Origin: Bacillota bacterium
GTDB taxonomy: Bacteria > Vulcanimicrobiota > JAJTBE01
Direction of reading: 5' to 3'
NCBI GenBank assembly: GCA_021287065.1
Contig: JAJTBE010000082.1
Location: 781 to 64,780 of the forward strand
DNA: 64,000 bases
Positions within the stretch are counted from its first letter, which is position 1. Each line of letters opens with the position of its first letter. This document shows positions 27,812-38,983 of this stretch, in pieces. Both the position numbers and the translations under genes were made by a program. Below the pieces are notes generated by a model, which had not been told where the DNA came from, ran no database searches, and saw only the letters and a program-made list of their open reading frames with translations.

Positions 27812-30268
27812 TTATCTATATTCAGTCCAGTCGCTTTCCTTATGGGAGTCAGAGTCATCATCCAGAAGCAGTATAGCTCCTTTGGGTTTTGCCTGAACTT
27901 TCCCGGAAGCCTTTGCTCCTGCAGTCCCATTCTTCCCCTCATTTCTTACTGCTGAGGTTGAAGATTTGGTTCTCTTCTCACCATTGCCTGAAACTGTCTT
28001 TTTACCGAATCCGGAATCAGAATAACGGGATTTCTTTGCAGAATAGCCTGAAGCTCCGCCTTCTTCCTCCATTTTGAAGAAGCTGATTGAATCCAGCAGA
28101 CTTTCCGCCTGAGAAGCCAGTTCTTCGGCTGTGGAAGCCATTTCTTCCGACATTCCCGCGTTCTTCTGAATCACCTGATCCAACTGGATTATAGCTTTAT
28201 TAACCTGCTCCGCTCCCTTATTCTGCTCATTGCTTGAGATACTGATTTCCTGCATCAGATCAGAAGTTTTTCTGATGTCGGGTACAATTGTGTCAAGTAT
28301 CTGCCCTGCTTTTTCGGAAATTGTAAGCCCCTGTGCGGAAAGCTCCACAATTTCACCGGCGGCATTCTGGCTCTTTTCTGCTAGTTTCCTGACTTCAGAA
28401 GCTACCACAGCAAAACCTTTGCCATGTTCTCCTGCCCTTGCCGCTTCAATGGCTGCATTCAGAGCAAGCATATTGGTCTGCCTTGCAATCTCATCGATAA
28501 TACCGATTTTACCTGCAATCTGCTTCATAGCTTCAACAGTTTCCTTCACGGATTTTCCGCCTTCAGCAGCTTCCACTGAGCTTTTCATTGCAATCTTCTC
28601 TGTGCTTGATGCATTTTCAGTGTTGATTTTGATACTCGAAGCCATCTCTTCCATAGAAGATGACACCTGCTCGGCCACAGAAGCCTGTTCCGTTGCTCCC
28701 TGAGAAATATCCTGGGAAGCGGCGCTCAATTCCTTACTGCCTGAAGCAACATTCTGAGCCGCCATTTTCACCTGAAGAATAATCTGCCTGAGAGCATCCA
28801 GCATATTTTTCATACCGTTCATAAGCTGGCCTGTTTCATCCTTACTGTTTACCTGAATATCAATGGTAAGGTCACCGTTGGAAAGGCTGTTTGCCGCATT
28901 GAGAGCCTCAAGAATAGGTTTTGTAATCAACCCTGCAAACCAGAATGCAACAACCACAATGATTACCAGCAGAACTCCAGCCCACATGACTATCTGATTT
29001 CTGAGAGAAACCACAGGTGAAAAAGCTTCGCTTTTATCGATTTCACTCATGATGCCCCATTTGACATCTTCGATATTCAGAGGCCTGAATGCAGAAAGAA
29101 CTTCAACTCCCCTGTAATCCTTAAAAAGCTGTTCACCTTTCTGTCCGTTCATTACAGCCTGTGTTCCGGTAGTCTTAACCGGCATAAGTCCGATAGCGGT
29201 TTTAAAAGTATTGATTTCATCAACGGTATCCGAAGGAAGGCCTGCTTTTTTGATTGTGTTGATAAAACCCTGAGGGTCTTCAATCAGAAAACGGGACTGG
29301 TTGCGCATTGTGTAATCGTCACCGATGATGTATGATTCACCGCTTTTACCAAGACCCACTTCAGGCCATTTTTCGTTGCTTGTCATAATTTTGTTTATCT
29401 TATCCACAGGCATTTGAAACGCCAGCACGCCTATGAGTTTACCATCATCATAAATCGGTGATGCGATAAACGAAGCCGGAGCCTGATAAGAAGGAGCATA
29501 AGGCTTAAAGTCCGCCAGCTTTACAAAGCCTTTTTTCCCTTTCAATGCTTCCTTCACAACCTGACCCAGATTTGTGTCTTTGTAGGGTCCGTAAAGGAGC
29601 GAAGTTGAGTAGTCAACTTCCTTAAAAACCGTATAAACAATGTGTCCGGTATCAGGATCAACCAGAAATACATCATAATAACCGAATTTTGTAAGGTAGT
29701 TTTTGATAATGGGATGGTATTTTGCATGAGCACGGCTATAAAAGCTTCCGTCTCCCGCATCATCAAGATTCAGTTTTTCTCCCACTTTATTTTTATTGGA
29801 TGACACATATAGATACTGACAGATTCTTGAGTCAATATCCTGAGGCCAGTTGGGAGCATAAGTTGTTACTTTTTTCGTCAGATTGTCATTCAGCCTTTTG
29901 AGAAACTCATTCTGATAATAGACTTTGAGATTCTCATCCAGTTGCGCCATTTTTTCGGGAGTGATATTAAGGTCTTTGTGGATTGAGTGGAATCCCTTTT
30001 TCAGATCATGCATCGCCTCAACGATGGTTCTGTCCTCTGCAAATGTTTCCGCCTGATTGCGAAGCTGCTGAAAATAGTCTTCGATTTGGGTTGCCTTTAA
30101 TTCCCTTACTGCAGTCAGTTTGTTGAACGATTCCTTTTCAAGGGATGTTCTTGCTGTGTTGTAGCCTGCATAGCTAATTGCCGTGATTGCTGCTATCCCG
30201 ATAAACAGGAAACCGAGAAGCAGCTTTCTGCTGATCCTTAGATCATTGAACCGCCGTATAAACCACAT
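27812..30268 (-). CDS. methyl-accepting chemotaxis protein with periplasmic double-Cache sensor, HAMP and MCP signalling domain
   Basis: N-terminal TM, then a ~300-aa periplasmic domain, a second TM and HAMP. The highly conserved MCP core is [33 protein letters not shown]. Confidence 0.85.
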   Translation of the reverse strand: MWFIRRFNDLRISRKLLLGFLFIGIAAITAISYAGYNTARTSLEKESFNKLTAVRELKATQIEDYFQQLRNQAETFAEDRTIVEAMHDLKKGFHSIHKDLNITPEKMAQLDENLKVYYQNEFLKRLNDNLTKKVTTYAPNWPQDIDSRICQYLYVSSNKNKVGEKLNLDDAGDGSFYSRAHAKYHPIIKNYLTKFGYYDVFLVDPDTGHIVYTVFKEVDYSTSLLYGPYKDTNLGQVVKEALKGKKGFVKLADFKPYAPSYQAPASFIASPIYDDGKLIGVLAFQMPVDKINKIMTSNEKWPEVGLGKSGESYIIGDDYTMRNQSRFLIEDPQGFINTIKKAGLPSDTVDEINTFKTAIGLMPVKTTGTQAVMNGQKGEQLFKDYRGVEVLSAFRPLNIEDVKWGIMSEIDKSEAFSPVVSLRNQIVMWAGVLLVIIVVVAFWFAGLITKPILEALNAANSLSNGDLTIDIQVNSKDETGQLMNGMKNMLDALRQIILQVKMAAQNVASGSKELSAASQDISQGATEQASVAEQVSSSMEEMASSIKINTENASSTEKIAMKSSVEAAEGGKSVKETVEAMKQIAGKIGIIDEIARQTNMLALNAAIEAARAGEHGKGFAVVASEVRKLAEKSQNAAGEIVELSAQGLTISEKAGQILDTIVPDIRKTSDLMQEISISSNEQNKGAEQVNKAIIQLDQVIQKNAGMSEEMASTAEELASQAESLLDSISFFKMEEEGGASGYSAKKSRYSDSGFGKKTVSGNGEKRTKSSTSAVRNEGKNGTAGAKASGKVQAKPKGAILLLDDDSDSHKESDWTEYR

Positions 30269-30517
30269 TATTCTCTCCCCTTAATGAAGATTATGCCGGC
30301 AAATAAAAAAAGCCGGTATCTCCCTTGCACATTGTTTGTATTGCATGAATCACAATATATGCTTAAAAGGGAAACCGGTATTATTTCTTTTTGAGGTTAA
30401 GCATTTTTTGTATATGATACTGCGTTACATGCTATATATGGTCCATCATACGGTTATTATTATATTTTGCCATAAACCAGGAAAACCCTTCTGTATCAAG
30501 GCATTATCAATATTTTT

Positions 30518-31579
30518 TTATGCTATGGACAAACGGTTGTCAGGATGGGATGAAAACAGCATAAAAAGCTCGGTATCGCCGATGGATGCCTGCTTTTTTT
30601 CGATCTTTCTTTTTTCTGATAATTCCTTTTTGATTTTGTCTATGGATTCAAGTCCTTTTTTTATGATAGGATCCTTGTTAAAGCCAAGCTTTATTGCGGC
30701 AGAAGTCTTAAACATCTTTGATGAATATTGGGAATACATATTTCCGTCAGTAATATTCTTTTCCACAAAAACATGATGGTTCCTGAACCTCATCCAGAGA
30801 TGCTCTTCTCCCTTAAAACTTTCCGTATAAGGATCCTCATCACTATGATATACAATGCTTTCCCTTGTATAAATAATTCTCTGATCCCGCTTCCAGGCAC
30901 GGTATCCCAAATCCACATCAGCAAAAAAGAACGGATCGAGCAATGGATCAAACCCGCCGAGGGCAAGTGCGAAATCTTTTCTTATCAGACAGGCAGTTAA
31001 AGAAACATTGGGCACATAAACAGGATCAGGAAACTTACCGTCAGGTATTTCCTGAACTTCTATTCCGCCATTTCTGAAATGGAGAAGGTTTAAGGAATAC
31101 ACCATGTCCTTTTTGGTTTTAAGCCTTATTTGGGGTATGACAGCAAAATATTCATCTTCTGAAATAGCGGCAAGAAGGGGACGGATAAAACCGGGAGTAA
31201 CTTCCACATCGTCTTCCAGAACAAGAACCAGAGGATATCTGCAGGCAGAAAACCCATCATTTAGCAGAGTGCATAACCCTACGCGGTTTTCTTTTCTTAT
31301 CACACGGAGATTTTTTCCGAATCTGCCTTCAAAATTCTTCAGGTTTTCACTGTTGGCGTTGTCAAGGAGTATTACTTCCCAGTTGCCTTCTTTATACTCC
31401 TCAAGTGAAGAAATCAAAACAGGAATATTCTTTTCGGGATTTTTTGAGCCGCTGCTGCAATGCACAAGCACACTGAAATCAGGGCTGAAAAGTTCCTTCA
31501 CTTCATCATCCGAAAATGGAGTTGTTTTCCTTTCGGGATAATCTGCTTCGTTTTTTACTGTTTCAAAAACTTCATCCAT
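30518..31579 (-). CDS. glycosyltransferase family 2
   Basis: GT-A fold motifs (VLVHCSSG...; LVLVLEDDVEV DxD-like). Confidence 0.6.
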   Translation of the reverse strand: MDEVFETVKNEADYPERKTTPFSDDEVKELFSPDFSVLVHCSSGSKNPEKNIPVLISSLEEYKEGNWEVILLDNANSENLKNFEGRFGKNLRVIRKENRVGLCTLLNDGFSACRYPLVLVLEDDVEVTPGFIRPLLAAISEDEYFAVIPQIRLKTKKDMVYSLNLLHFRNGGIEVQEIPDGKFPDPVYVPNVSLTACLIRKDFALALGGFDPLLDPFFFADVDLGYRAWKRDQRIIYTRESIVYHSDEDPYTESFKGEEHLWMRFRNHHVFVEKNITDGNMYSQYSSKMFKTSAAIKLGFNKDPIIKKGLESIDKIKKELSEKRKIEKKQASIGDTELFMLFSSHPDNRLSIA

Positions 31580-31582
31580 TTG

Positions 31583-32746
31583 CTATTCTCCGATTGCATA
31601 AAAGTATTCGTCCATACCGCCGGCATAAAGAACACCGTTTTTTCCGATAAGGGGTGATGAAACCACTGCATCCCCTGTCATAACTTTCCAAACCAGCATC
31701 CCTTTGGAATCAAGACAATAAATATGCCTGTCCCCTGCTCCAAAGTATATTTTCCCCTCAGAATCAATTACAGCAGATGAAAAAACATCATAACCGGCTC
31801 TGAATGTCCATTTTGCAGCACCTTCAGGAGTTACCGCATACACATTTCCATTTTCAGCGCCAAACACAACACAACCGTCAGGACCAATGGCAGGAGTGGA
31901 TCCCACATGATAACCGGCTTCGAAAGCCCATTTCTTTTTCCCGTCCGCAGTTAAAGCATAAAGATGGCCGTCATCGGATCCTATATAGATTGTTCCGTCT
32001 TTCGATACGCAAGGGCTTGACATCACCGAATAATCGGTTTTAAACTTCCACCTGAGCAATCCCTTCGAATCCAGACAATAAACATAACCATCATCGCTTC
32101 CGATAACAATATTCCCACCGGAAGCAAGAGCCGGGCTTGACCAGACCCAGTCTTCGGTTTTATAAGCCCAGAGCTTGTTGCCTGAAGAATCCGTGCAGTA
32201 AATATTTCCGTCACCTGAACCGAACACAAGACTTCCATCGGGCATGATAAGAGGCGATGAACCTACGAATCCGCCTGTTTTAAAGCTCCAGAGGTATCTT
32301 CCATTGGAAGAAAGGCAATAAAGGTTGTTATCATCACATCCGAAAAATATATGCCCTTTTTCATCCACAGCAGGTGTTGAAAATATTTTTCCACCAGCTT
32401 CATATTTCCATTCCACAACTCCATTTGACAAAAGGCAGTATAGATTTCCATCGTCGGAAGCTGCAAGGATTTTTCCACCCTCACACATAACCGGCGAGGA
32501 TCGAATCGCTTTATGGAGATGAACTTTCCACAAAACCTTCCCTTTTCCGGGACCTTCAGCCATAGCAATGCCGTTTCTGGAACCGCAGCCATGGAAAGTA
32601 TTCCACAAACCGGCATCTGCCCGGGTATTTACGGAAACAGTCCCTCCTGCGCTTCCCTTTCCCTTACAGCCAAAAGCTAAACTGAAACAAAAAACAGCAA
32701 TAATAACAATGATTGTTTTAACGATTCTGCCATCAAAAATATTCAT
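31583..32746 (-). CDS. PQQ-repeat (BamB-like) beta-propeller lipoprotein
   Basis: Lipobox FSLAFGCKG. Eight repeats of roughly DGNLYCL...G...W.FKTGG.V.SSP. Confidence 0.7.
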   Translation of the reverse strand: MNIFDGRIVKTIIVIIAVFCFSLAFGCKGKGSAGGTVSVNTRADAGLWNTFHGCGSRNGIAMAEGPGKGKVLWKVHLHKAIRSSPVMCEGGKILAASDDGNLYCLLSNGVVEWKYEAGGKIFSTPAVDEKGHIFFGCDDNNLYCLSSNGRYLWSFKTGGFVGSSPLIMPDGSLVFGSGDGNIYCTDSSGNKLWAYKTEDWVWSSPALASGGNIVIGSDDGYVYCLDSKGLLRWKFKTDYSVMSSPCVSKDGTIYIGSDDGHLYALTADGKKKWAFEAGYHVGSTPAIGPDGCVVFGAENGNVYAVTPEGAAKWTFRAGYDVFSSAVIDSEGKIYFGAGDRHIYCLDSKGMLVWKVMTGDAVVSSPLIGKNGVLYAGGMDEYFYAIGE

Positions 32747-33120
32747 AATTTTCTCTTACTTTTATACCGGTTTTTCAAAAATAGTTGTTCGGCAATCACA
32801 ACCCCTGCCAGCTCCGTATATCCGATTAAAGCTGCAGCTTTTGCGAATATATTCAAAAATCCGTATCGAAATTCCGCTCCGGCATCCCTTCCCTAAACAG
32901 CTATTTTATGTAAATGGTATCATATTAAACCACACAAACCGGTGAATACAATTTTTCCCGGATTAGCAATACTTCCCTGCTTTGATCAAATCCGTATCTG
33001 AATCGGGCTTCCGGTCTGTGATGCCTTTAGTCTATTATAACTGAAAAAACGATTAATCAACAAGGGGAAAGAGCTTCCTTACACTCTCCTGATCTGTCAG
33101 AAATCCCGGTCAGTTCAAAT

Positions 33121-33879
33121 TTATCTTGAAACAACACGGTAATTTCTCAGACAATTTCTGATCCGGTAAACCAGGAATTTTACTCTGTTTTCTCCTCTCG
33201 GGAAAATAATACATTTGATTTTTTTTGTTTTAAGCAAATCTTTCTCAATAAAAGCAAAAGCCTCAGCAGCATTTTCGATATAATCAGCTTTTTTACCGCA
33301 ATAATTTTTTATGGAATCACTATTCTCTTTAGTAACAACCATATAACCAAATCTATCCGAAGTCGAATATTGATCCAGAATTAACGGACTGCCTCCGGGG
33401 TTCACATTGTAGTTCTGCTTATCAAATTTTATGCCGTTTTTTGCAAACTCATCTCTGACAAATTCACAAACATTAACTGCTTCAGCCTCTTCGAAAGAGC
33501 TTGATTTACGATTCAAACTCAGACCGTTGAAAAAATTACGGATATTAAATCCTGCTATATTTCCATCAAAGCTAACAGCTCCGGCATTTTGAGCATGCAT
33601 CTTCGGTTGATCCGAATACCTTTCCGCTATTCTGCCGCCCACAGACCAAAGGCTTCCCGTTGTTGCCGTTTTTACACCCAAACCCGAAGGTTTTATAATT
33701 TCACGGCAATTACCGGCATCAGGTGATCCCAGAAGAAGGCTCAAAGCGGTTCCGGTTACAGCTATTGCTTTTTTCCATCTTTCAGGTACAAATTTATACA
33801 GCTCAGCCTTATTAACACTGATTTTATCCGACTCCGGAAATCCGGGAGGCTTGTATTCCTTTAAAGGACTAATCTGCAT
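33121..33879 (-). CDS. paralog family member, subtype B (copy 1)
   Basis: MQISPLKEYKPPGFP...RWKKAIAVTGTALSLLLG signal-anchor. DEFAKNGIKFDKQNYNVNPGGSPLILDQYS. C-terminus IRNCLRNYRVVSR. Confidence 0.55.
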   Translation of the reverse strand: MQISPLKEYKPPGFPESDKISVNKAELYKFVPERWKKAIAVTGTALSLLLGSPDAGNCREIIKPSGLGVKTATTGSLWSVGGRIAERYSDQPKMHAQNAGAVSFDGNIAGFNIRNFFNGLSLNRKSSSFEEAEAVNVCEFVRDEFAKNGIKFDKQNYNVNPGGSPLILDQYSTSDRFGYMVVTKENSDSIKNYCGKKADYIENAAEAFAFIEKDLLKTKKIKCIIFPRGENRVKFLVYRIRNCLRNYRVVSR

Positions 33880-33897
33880 AACGATTCTCTCCTGAAG

Positions 33898-34581
33898 TTA
33901 TTTAAGCTTTTTCACAGCCTGATCAATCTGTTTTAAGATATTGCCCTTTGCACTCTCTTTTGAGAAACCCTCATTGATATAAATGCAGGCGCATCGTATT
34001 CCGCACTGCCTGAGTTTCGTTTCAAATGAATTCACTGATTTTTCAAGAAGAGAAATGTCCGGTTTTCTGACACCCTCATACTCCAGCATCTCCCGATAAT
34101 TACCAAGGCAAATTATCTTATAGGCTATTTTATCTTTTGAAGAATATCCGTCAACATAAAAGGGATTATCTTTGGTCCCCACATTATGATGGTGTCCGGC
34201 AAAATAAATATTATGTTTTGCAAACTCAGCTTCCGTTAGTTTTCTCAGATCATCATAAGCTACCGGTTTTATCAGATCAACTTTAACTTTAGTTATTTTT
34301 GTAATCCTTATATACCCCCCATGAGCTGAACACTGATTTTTATTCATTACTGCTATTCCAGAACCATTGTCTTTTAATATGTCCGCCGGAGAATCAGCAA
34401 ATAAAGGCTGCGGAGGTGAAAGCATCATAAATATAGCGGCTCCGGTCATCACCGCAGTTTTCAGCCATCTTACCGGAATAAGGTCAGTCGTAAGATCAGC
34501 AGGTTTATCCTCCTGCACCGGATACCCGGGAGGTTTAATGTCCTTCAGCGGATTCAGTTTCACAGAATCACCTTCCCACAT
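33898..34581 (-). CDS. paralog family member, subtype A (copy 1)
   Basis: LNPLKDIKPPGYP...RWLKTAVMTGAAIFMML. AEFAKHNIYFAGHHHNVGTKDNPFYVDGYS. CGIRCACIYI. Confidence 0.55.
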   Translation of the reverse strand: MWEGDSVKLNPLKDIKPPGYPVQEDKPADLTTDLIPVRWLKTAVMTGAAIFMMLSPPQPLFADSPADILKDNGSGIAVMNKNQCSAHGGYIRITKITKVKVDLIKPVAYDDLRKLTEAEFAKHNIYFAGHHHNVGTKDNPFYVDGYSSKDKIAYKIICLGNYREMLEYEGVRKPDISLLEKSVNSFETKLRQCGIRCACIYINEGFSKESAKGNILKQIDQAVKKLK

Positions 34582-34620
34582 AAAAAATCCCTTTTTCTAT
34601 ATATCATGACAAGTTAAAAC

Positions 34621-35325
34621 TTATCTTGAAACAATACGGTATTTTCTCAGACAATTTCTGATCTGGTTTGTAAGAATATCTTGATATCCTTTACTCCAAG
34701 AGCTGGAATCGTAACAGTGAAAAATTACACATCTTATATTTTTGTTTTTCTGCAAATCTTTTTCGATGAAAACAGCAGCGTCCTCGGCATTTTCGATGTA
34801 TTTATCTTTTTTACGGCCATATTCTTTTATTGATTCCAGAGTATTCTCATTGATCACCATATAACCGAACCTGTCCGGAGTCGAATATTCATCCAGAATT
34901 ATCGGACTTCCCCCGGGGTTCACATTGTAATTCCGTTTGTCAAATTTTATGCCTTTGTCAGCAAAATCCCTGATGATAAAGTTTCTCACACTAGCCTCAT
35001 CAACTATGATTGGAGGAAGCATGATTCCGCCAACATCACATTTGTCAGAAGTAGGATCCCGTCTGCTTTCCGCTATTCTGCCACCCACAGACCAGAGGCT
35101 TCCCGTTGTTGCCGTTTTTACACCCAAACCCGAAGGTCTGATAATTTCACGGCAATTACCGGCATCAGGTGATCCCAGAAGAAGGCTCAAAGCGGTTCCG
35201 GTTACAGCTATTGCTTTTTTCCATCTTTCAGGTACAAATTTATACAGTTCAGTCTTATTAGCACTGATTTTATCCGACTCCGGAAATCCGGGAGGCTTGT
35301 ATTCCTTTAAAGGACTAATCTGCAT
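34621..35325 (-). CDS. paralog family member, subtype B (copy 2)
   Basis: The first ~90 aa and last ~13 aa are near-identical to 33121..33879 (DNA about 95% over ~270 bp). The middle is divergent. Confidence 0.55.
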   Translation of the reverse strand: MQISPLKEYKPPGFPESDKISANKTELYKFVPERWKKAIAVTGTALSLLLGSPDAGNCREIIRPSGLGVKTATTGSLWSVGGRIAESRRDPTSDKCDVGGIMLPPIIVDEASVRNFIIRDFADKGIKFDKRNYNVNPGGSPIILDEYSTPDRFGYMVINENTLESIKEYGRKKDKYIENAEDAAVFIEKDLQKNKNIRCVIFHCYDSSSWSKGYQDILTNQIRNCLRKYRIVSR

Positions 35326-35336
35326 AATCGCTCCCC

Positions 35337-35987
35337 TTAAAGCTTTTTAAACTTTTTCGCAGCCTCTTTAATCTGTCTGATCATACCTCTTTTTGCTTCT
35401 TCTTTTGGTCCATATTCGGGAACATAAATACAGGCGCATCGTATTCCACACTCTTCCAGTTTTTCTTCCATAGAGACTGCAACTCTTTCTATTGTTATCA
35501 GTTTGCGGAAATTCATATTCCCCCAGGTGATTATCCGGGAAAAATTATCTCTATGAACCAGTTTATAAGCAATTTTTTTCAGTGGTGAATAGCCGTCAAG
35601 AAGTATTTGCTCATCTTTAGTGCCCACATTATGATTATGTTTTTCAAAAGTTATGCTGTGTTTTGCAAATTCAGCCTCAACTAATTTTCTCGAATCCGCC
35701 TCTGAGAAAACCGGAGAGAAAGAAATAACGCCTGCAGTATGATGTTCTGTTATTGTAACCCGGTATTCTGACTTTTTCTGTTTTTTTACATTTGGTACCG
35801 AACCCTTGCCCGAAGAATCGCCCCAGGCAGGCTGTGCCGGCGATAAAAGAAGGAATAAGGCTGCTCCCGCCATTACAGCAGGTTTGAGCCATCTGAGGGG
35901 AACAAATCGCCCGGTGATATCGGCAGGCTTCTCTTCTGCCGCCGGGTAATCAGGGGGTTTGAATGAATGAAGGGGATTTAATTTCAT
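35337..35987 (-). CDS. paralog family member, subtype A (copy 2)
   Basis: LNPLHSFKPPDYP...RWLKPAVMAGAALFLLL. AEFAKHSITFEKHNHNVGTKDEQILLDGYS. CGIRCACIYV. Confidence 0.55.
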   Translation of the reverse strand: MKLNPLHSFKPPDYPAAEEKPADITGRFVPLRWLKPAVMAGAALFLLLSPAQPAWGDSSGKGSVPNVKKQKKSEYRVTITEHHTAGVISFSPVFSEADSRKLVEAEFAKHSITFEKHNHNVGTKDEQILLDGYSPLKKIAYKLVHRDNFSRIITWGNMNFRKLITIERVAVSMEEKLEECGIRCACIYVPEYGPKEEAKRGMIRQIKEAAKKFKKL

Positions 35988-36127
35988 ATCATCAACTCCT
36001 GATTATATTTTAACATATTTTTTTATATCAGGTAATATTGAAGTTATTAACAAATCAAAACAAAGTGGTTTCCGGAATTACTGGGATTATTAGGATTATT
36101 AGGCTCAGGGGGATTCAGAAGACCTCA

Positions 36128-36486
36128 GGGGAAACCACACTTTTCTGGGAAAACGGGTTTTTCTCCGACCCCAATGCCTATTAATTAAGGCATTGATTTA
36201 TCTTATCGCTCACGAGACTTGTGTCGGTTTACCCAGCTCCCGGAGAAAACTTTTTTGAAAAAAGTTTCCCCGCGCCCACCCTGCAGGCGGGCACCCGCCA
36301 TCCCAAAACTTTAAATTGGGGGACCGACCCTGGGATTTGGACCTACAGGGGGGACCGAGAGGTTTAGAGACCGTCAGAGGGAACCGCGCTTCTTTAAAAA
36401 AGCGAGGTTGCCCTCCGAACTCCCTCCTTGAAAAACAAGATTATCAGGCTGGGGGATTTGAGTGGAGTTTGCTCATTCATGGGAAT
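36128..36486 (-). repeat. MITE-like repeat copy 4 (reverse orientation) with adjacent partial fragment
   Basis: ggaaaccacacttttctgggaaaa fragment, then aatgcctattaattaaggcattg...ccggagaaaacttttttgaaaaaagtttcc...cgcttctttaaaaaagcgagg...ccttgaaaaacaag...ctcattcatgggaatg. Confidence 0.75.
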
Positions 36487-36487
36487 G

Positions 36488-37733
36488 TTACTCAGAAGCA
36501 TACAGAGCCTGAAAATCGGCGAAGCTTGTTTGTAATAACATAACGCCTTCAATAAGATCTTCAAGTTTGTTTAAGCCCTGCCAGAGGTTTTTTATGCCCG
36601 GGTTGCCGGCTGATGGACGGGCGGGGAGGCCGCCAAGGATTCCTACTCCCCTTACGAAGTCCTGAACCGTTTTTACTTTAAGGTTTATTCTTTCCCGTTT
36701 AAGCCATGCGTTGAGTATTTCCCGCTCAAGTTCAGTGCTTACGAGTGTTATATCGGTTTTGAAGTTTTCACGAGCATATCTGTATATATAAAACACTCTC
36801 CAGGCTAATATACGACAAAAGTCGAGTGCAGGGAGTACTATGTCGAGCGTTTGGTATTGCAGACCTTCGATTTTGCAACCTGTTTTCAGAACGCCATGGT
36901 ATTCCTCAATGGTCAGGCGTGTTGAATAACCTTCAACGCGTTCAATGGCGTCGCTCAGGGATTCAACAGGCAAAGTTGTCAGAAGTTTCCAGTCTATGGG
37001 GTTTTTCTGCGCATTTTTTTCAACCGCCCACACCCAGTTCAGGGTTATCGGTTGTGAAGATCCCTGTTTTTCCATATGTTTTTGCGGATGAAATGTAGCA
37101 CAACCGGAGCGGATAATAATAACTGCTTCGGCAGCCTTTCTACCTTTGCGTGCTGGAATTTTCAGAGTATATTCACCCAATGGCTCTGTTTTTTCCATAA
37201 GGGTAAAAAGTCTGACATTATCAGATTCATCGGCATTTTTAGCATCATTTTTTTTACGTTTTGCCTTGTGACCGAAATTCCATCTTATAATAAACTCTGA
37301 ATTGGCAGGGCGTTCTGCTGCAAAAATCTCAAAAACATCACTCTCCCGGTCACCTACATGAACAATTTTGCAGTTGTTGTCAATAAGTTTCTCCGCCATT
37401 TTCGTTGCCATAAACCATTCATTATTATCTTTCTCCACGAATTTACGGTTTTTGGCTGGAATTTTCTCATCTCCGTATTCTTTCTGAAGGTCGGAAATAT
37501 TTGTGTAAAGCAAACCGAGAGGCATCTTGTTGGGCGTGACGGCGAAGCTTGAGTGTATTACGCTACTGAAGCCCATTTCCTTGTAGCAAGGCAGTCCCAG
37601 ACCTTCTATAGATTGTAAGGTTATGCAATCCAGATAATCCGTGTCCTGAACTGCATAAATCAAATTATGTCCTTTACAGCGTTGAGCTGTTTGCTGGAGA
37701 TGATCACCAGTTACAGATTCCATATTTAACTCC
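36488..37733 (-). CDS. DDE transposase, IS4-family-like
   Basis: Candidate DDE residues lie in YAVQDTDYLD, VHVGDRESDVFEIF and RLTIEEYHGVLKTGCKIE (IS4-like Y..R..IE..). The internal ATG at 37733 has a GGAG RBS and is the likely start. Flanked by MITE copy 4 on one side and a MITE-like fragment (37905-37945) on the other. Confidence 0.6.
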
Positions 37734-37936
37734 TTTTGGTCAGAAGACCGGCACATAAACTTACTTTCGTTTTTTCCGGATAAGCGTAAAACTGACAGAT
37801 TTCACAAGTATCATATCAAAAACTCATTTATTTACTGTAGATGAATACATGCGACAAAAATCAGGAATTGCCGGAAATTTGGCAGAGGATTATTTTTCAG
37901 GAAAAGCCTCCTCCCAAAGAAACAGGAGTATCAGGC

Positions 37937-38959
37937 TTACACCTGTTTTTCCCTCATTACCCTGTAAACACAATAGGGATTGTTGAACTTGCTGCCTGTG
38001 GCGGCATAGGCTGTTACTGTGCAGCCTCCCCTGCAGGGATCTCCCTTGGGGCAGTCTTTGCAGTAGCCTTCGAGCATATCTGTTGAGAAATAACGGTTGT
38101 ATTTAAACCGCTGTGGATCTTCCCATATCGTCCGCAGTGATTCTGTTCTTATATTGCCTTCCACAAATTCTCTGGGAAGGGAAAGACAGCCTTTGATGGA
38201 ACCGTCGGCGTCAACACCCATAAGGTGTCTTCCGGCAAAACAGCCTTTGAAGGGGCGCTTTGTGATGGGAGGTTCGCAATAGTATCCCATATTATCCCCC
38301 GGCACAACCTGCATTTTGCCTTCCTGCTGTTTTTTGTAAATAAAATCGGCTATATCCAGCATCTGTTGAGGGTCAAGCGCATAATCATCGTGGGTTTTCA
38401 TCCTTCCCTGACTGAAAGTAATCTGGATCTGCCAGAAACTGAGTCCGACTTTAAGAAAATGCTGATACATATCTTCCATTTCACCGATATTGGCTTTGGA
38501 AATATGAGTGATTGCGCCTGCTGCAATGCCGTTTTCGATAGCTTTCTTTATGCCTTTCATAGCTATCTGAAAGGAATTGGGATGGTTTCTGATAAAATTG
38601 TGGGTTTTCTCCATGCCGTCAATGCTGACCCCGATTCTTCTCATACCTGCTTCAAGCATTTTTGGGATGGCAGCTTCAAGGAGAAGCCCATTTGTGATAA
38701 TATATGCCGCAATACCTTTTTCCACAAGCTTTTTGGCGTAGATATGCCACGAAGGATGCATAAGGGGTTCTCCGCCGGAGAGAGTGAGAATTTTCGTTCC
38801 CAGCTCAGCCATCTGATCTATAAGATCGAGGCCCTCCTTTTCAGTAAGTTCATTGGGCCTGGGTTCACCGGCAGTTGAACCGCAGTGGATGCAGTTCATA
38901 TTGCAGCGCAGTGTGAGTTCCCAGCCTACAACTTCTGGTTTGAACGGAAAATCTGACAT
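37937..38959 (-). CDS. radical SAM / SPASM-domain enzyme (PqqE/MftC/anSME-like peptide- or protein-modifying maturase)
   Basis: GWELTLRCNMNCIHCGS (Cx3Cx2C). The C-terminal SPASM cysteines are CFAGRHLMGVDADGSIKGC...CKDCPKGDPCRGGC. Confidence 0.8.
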   Translation of the reverse strand: MSDFPFKPEVVGWELTLRCNMNCIHCGSTAGEPRPNELTEKEGLDLIDQMAELGTKILTLSGGEPLMHPSWHIYAKKLVEKGIAAYIITNGLLLEAAIPKMLEAGMRRIGVSIDGMEKTHNFIRNHPNSFQIAMKGIKKAIENGIAAGAITHISKANIGEMEDMYQHFLKVGLSFWQIQITFSQGRMKTHDDYALDPQQMLDIADFIYKKQQEGKMQVVPGDNMGYYCEPPITKRPFKGCFAGRHLMGVDADGSIKGCLSLPREFVEGNIRTESLRTIWEDPQRFKYNRYFSTDMLEGYCKDCPKGDPCRGGCTVTAYAATGSKFNNPYCVYRVMREKQV

Positions 38960-38983
38960 TATGGCGGCTCCTTTTCTTAACAG

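Noticed and set aside
37841-38086. 81-aa Cys/Gly/Ala-rich ORF considered as a possible precursor peptide for the rSAM/SPASM enzyme
   Set aside because: It lies antisense over the SPASM-domain cysteine codons of the rSAM gene, which inevitably yields a Cys/Ala/Gly-rich antisense reading frame. It has no RBS.
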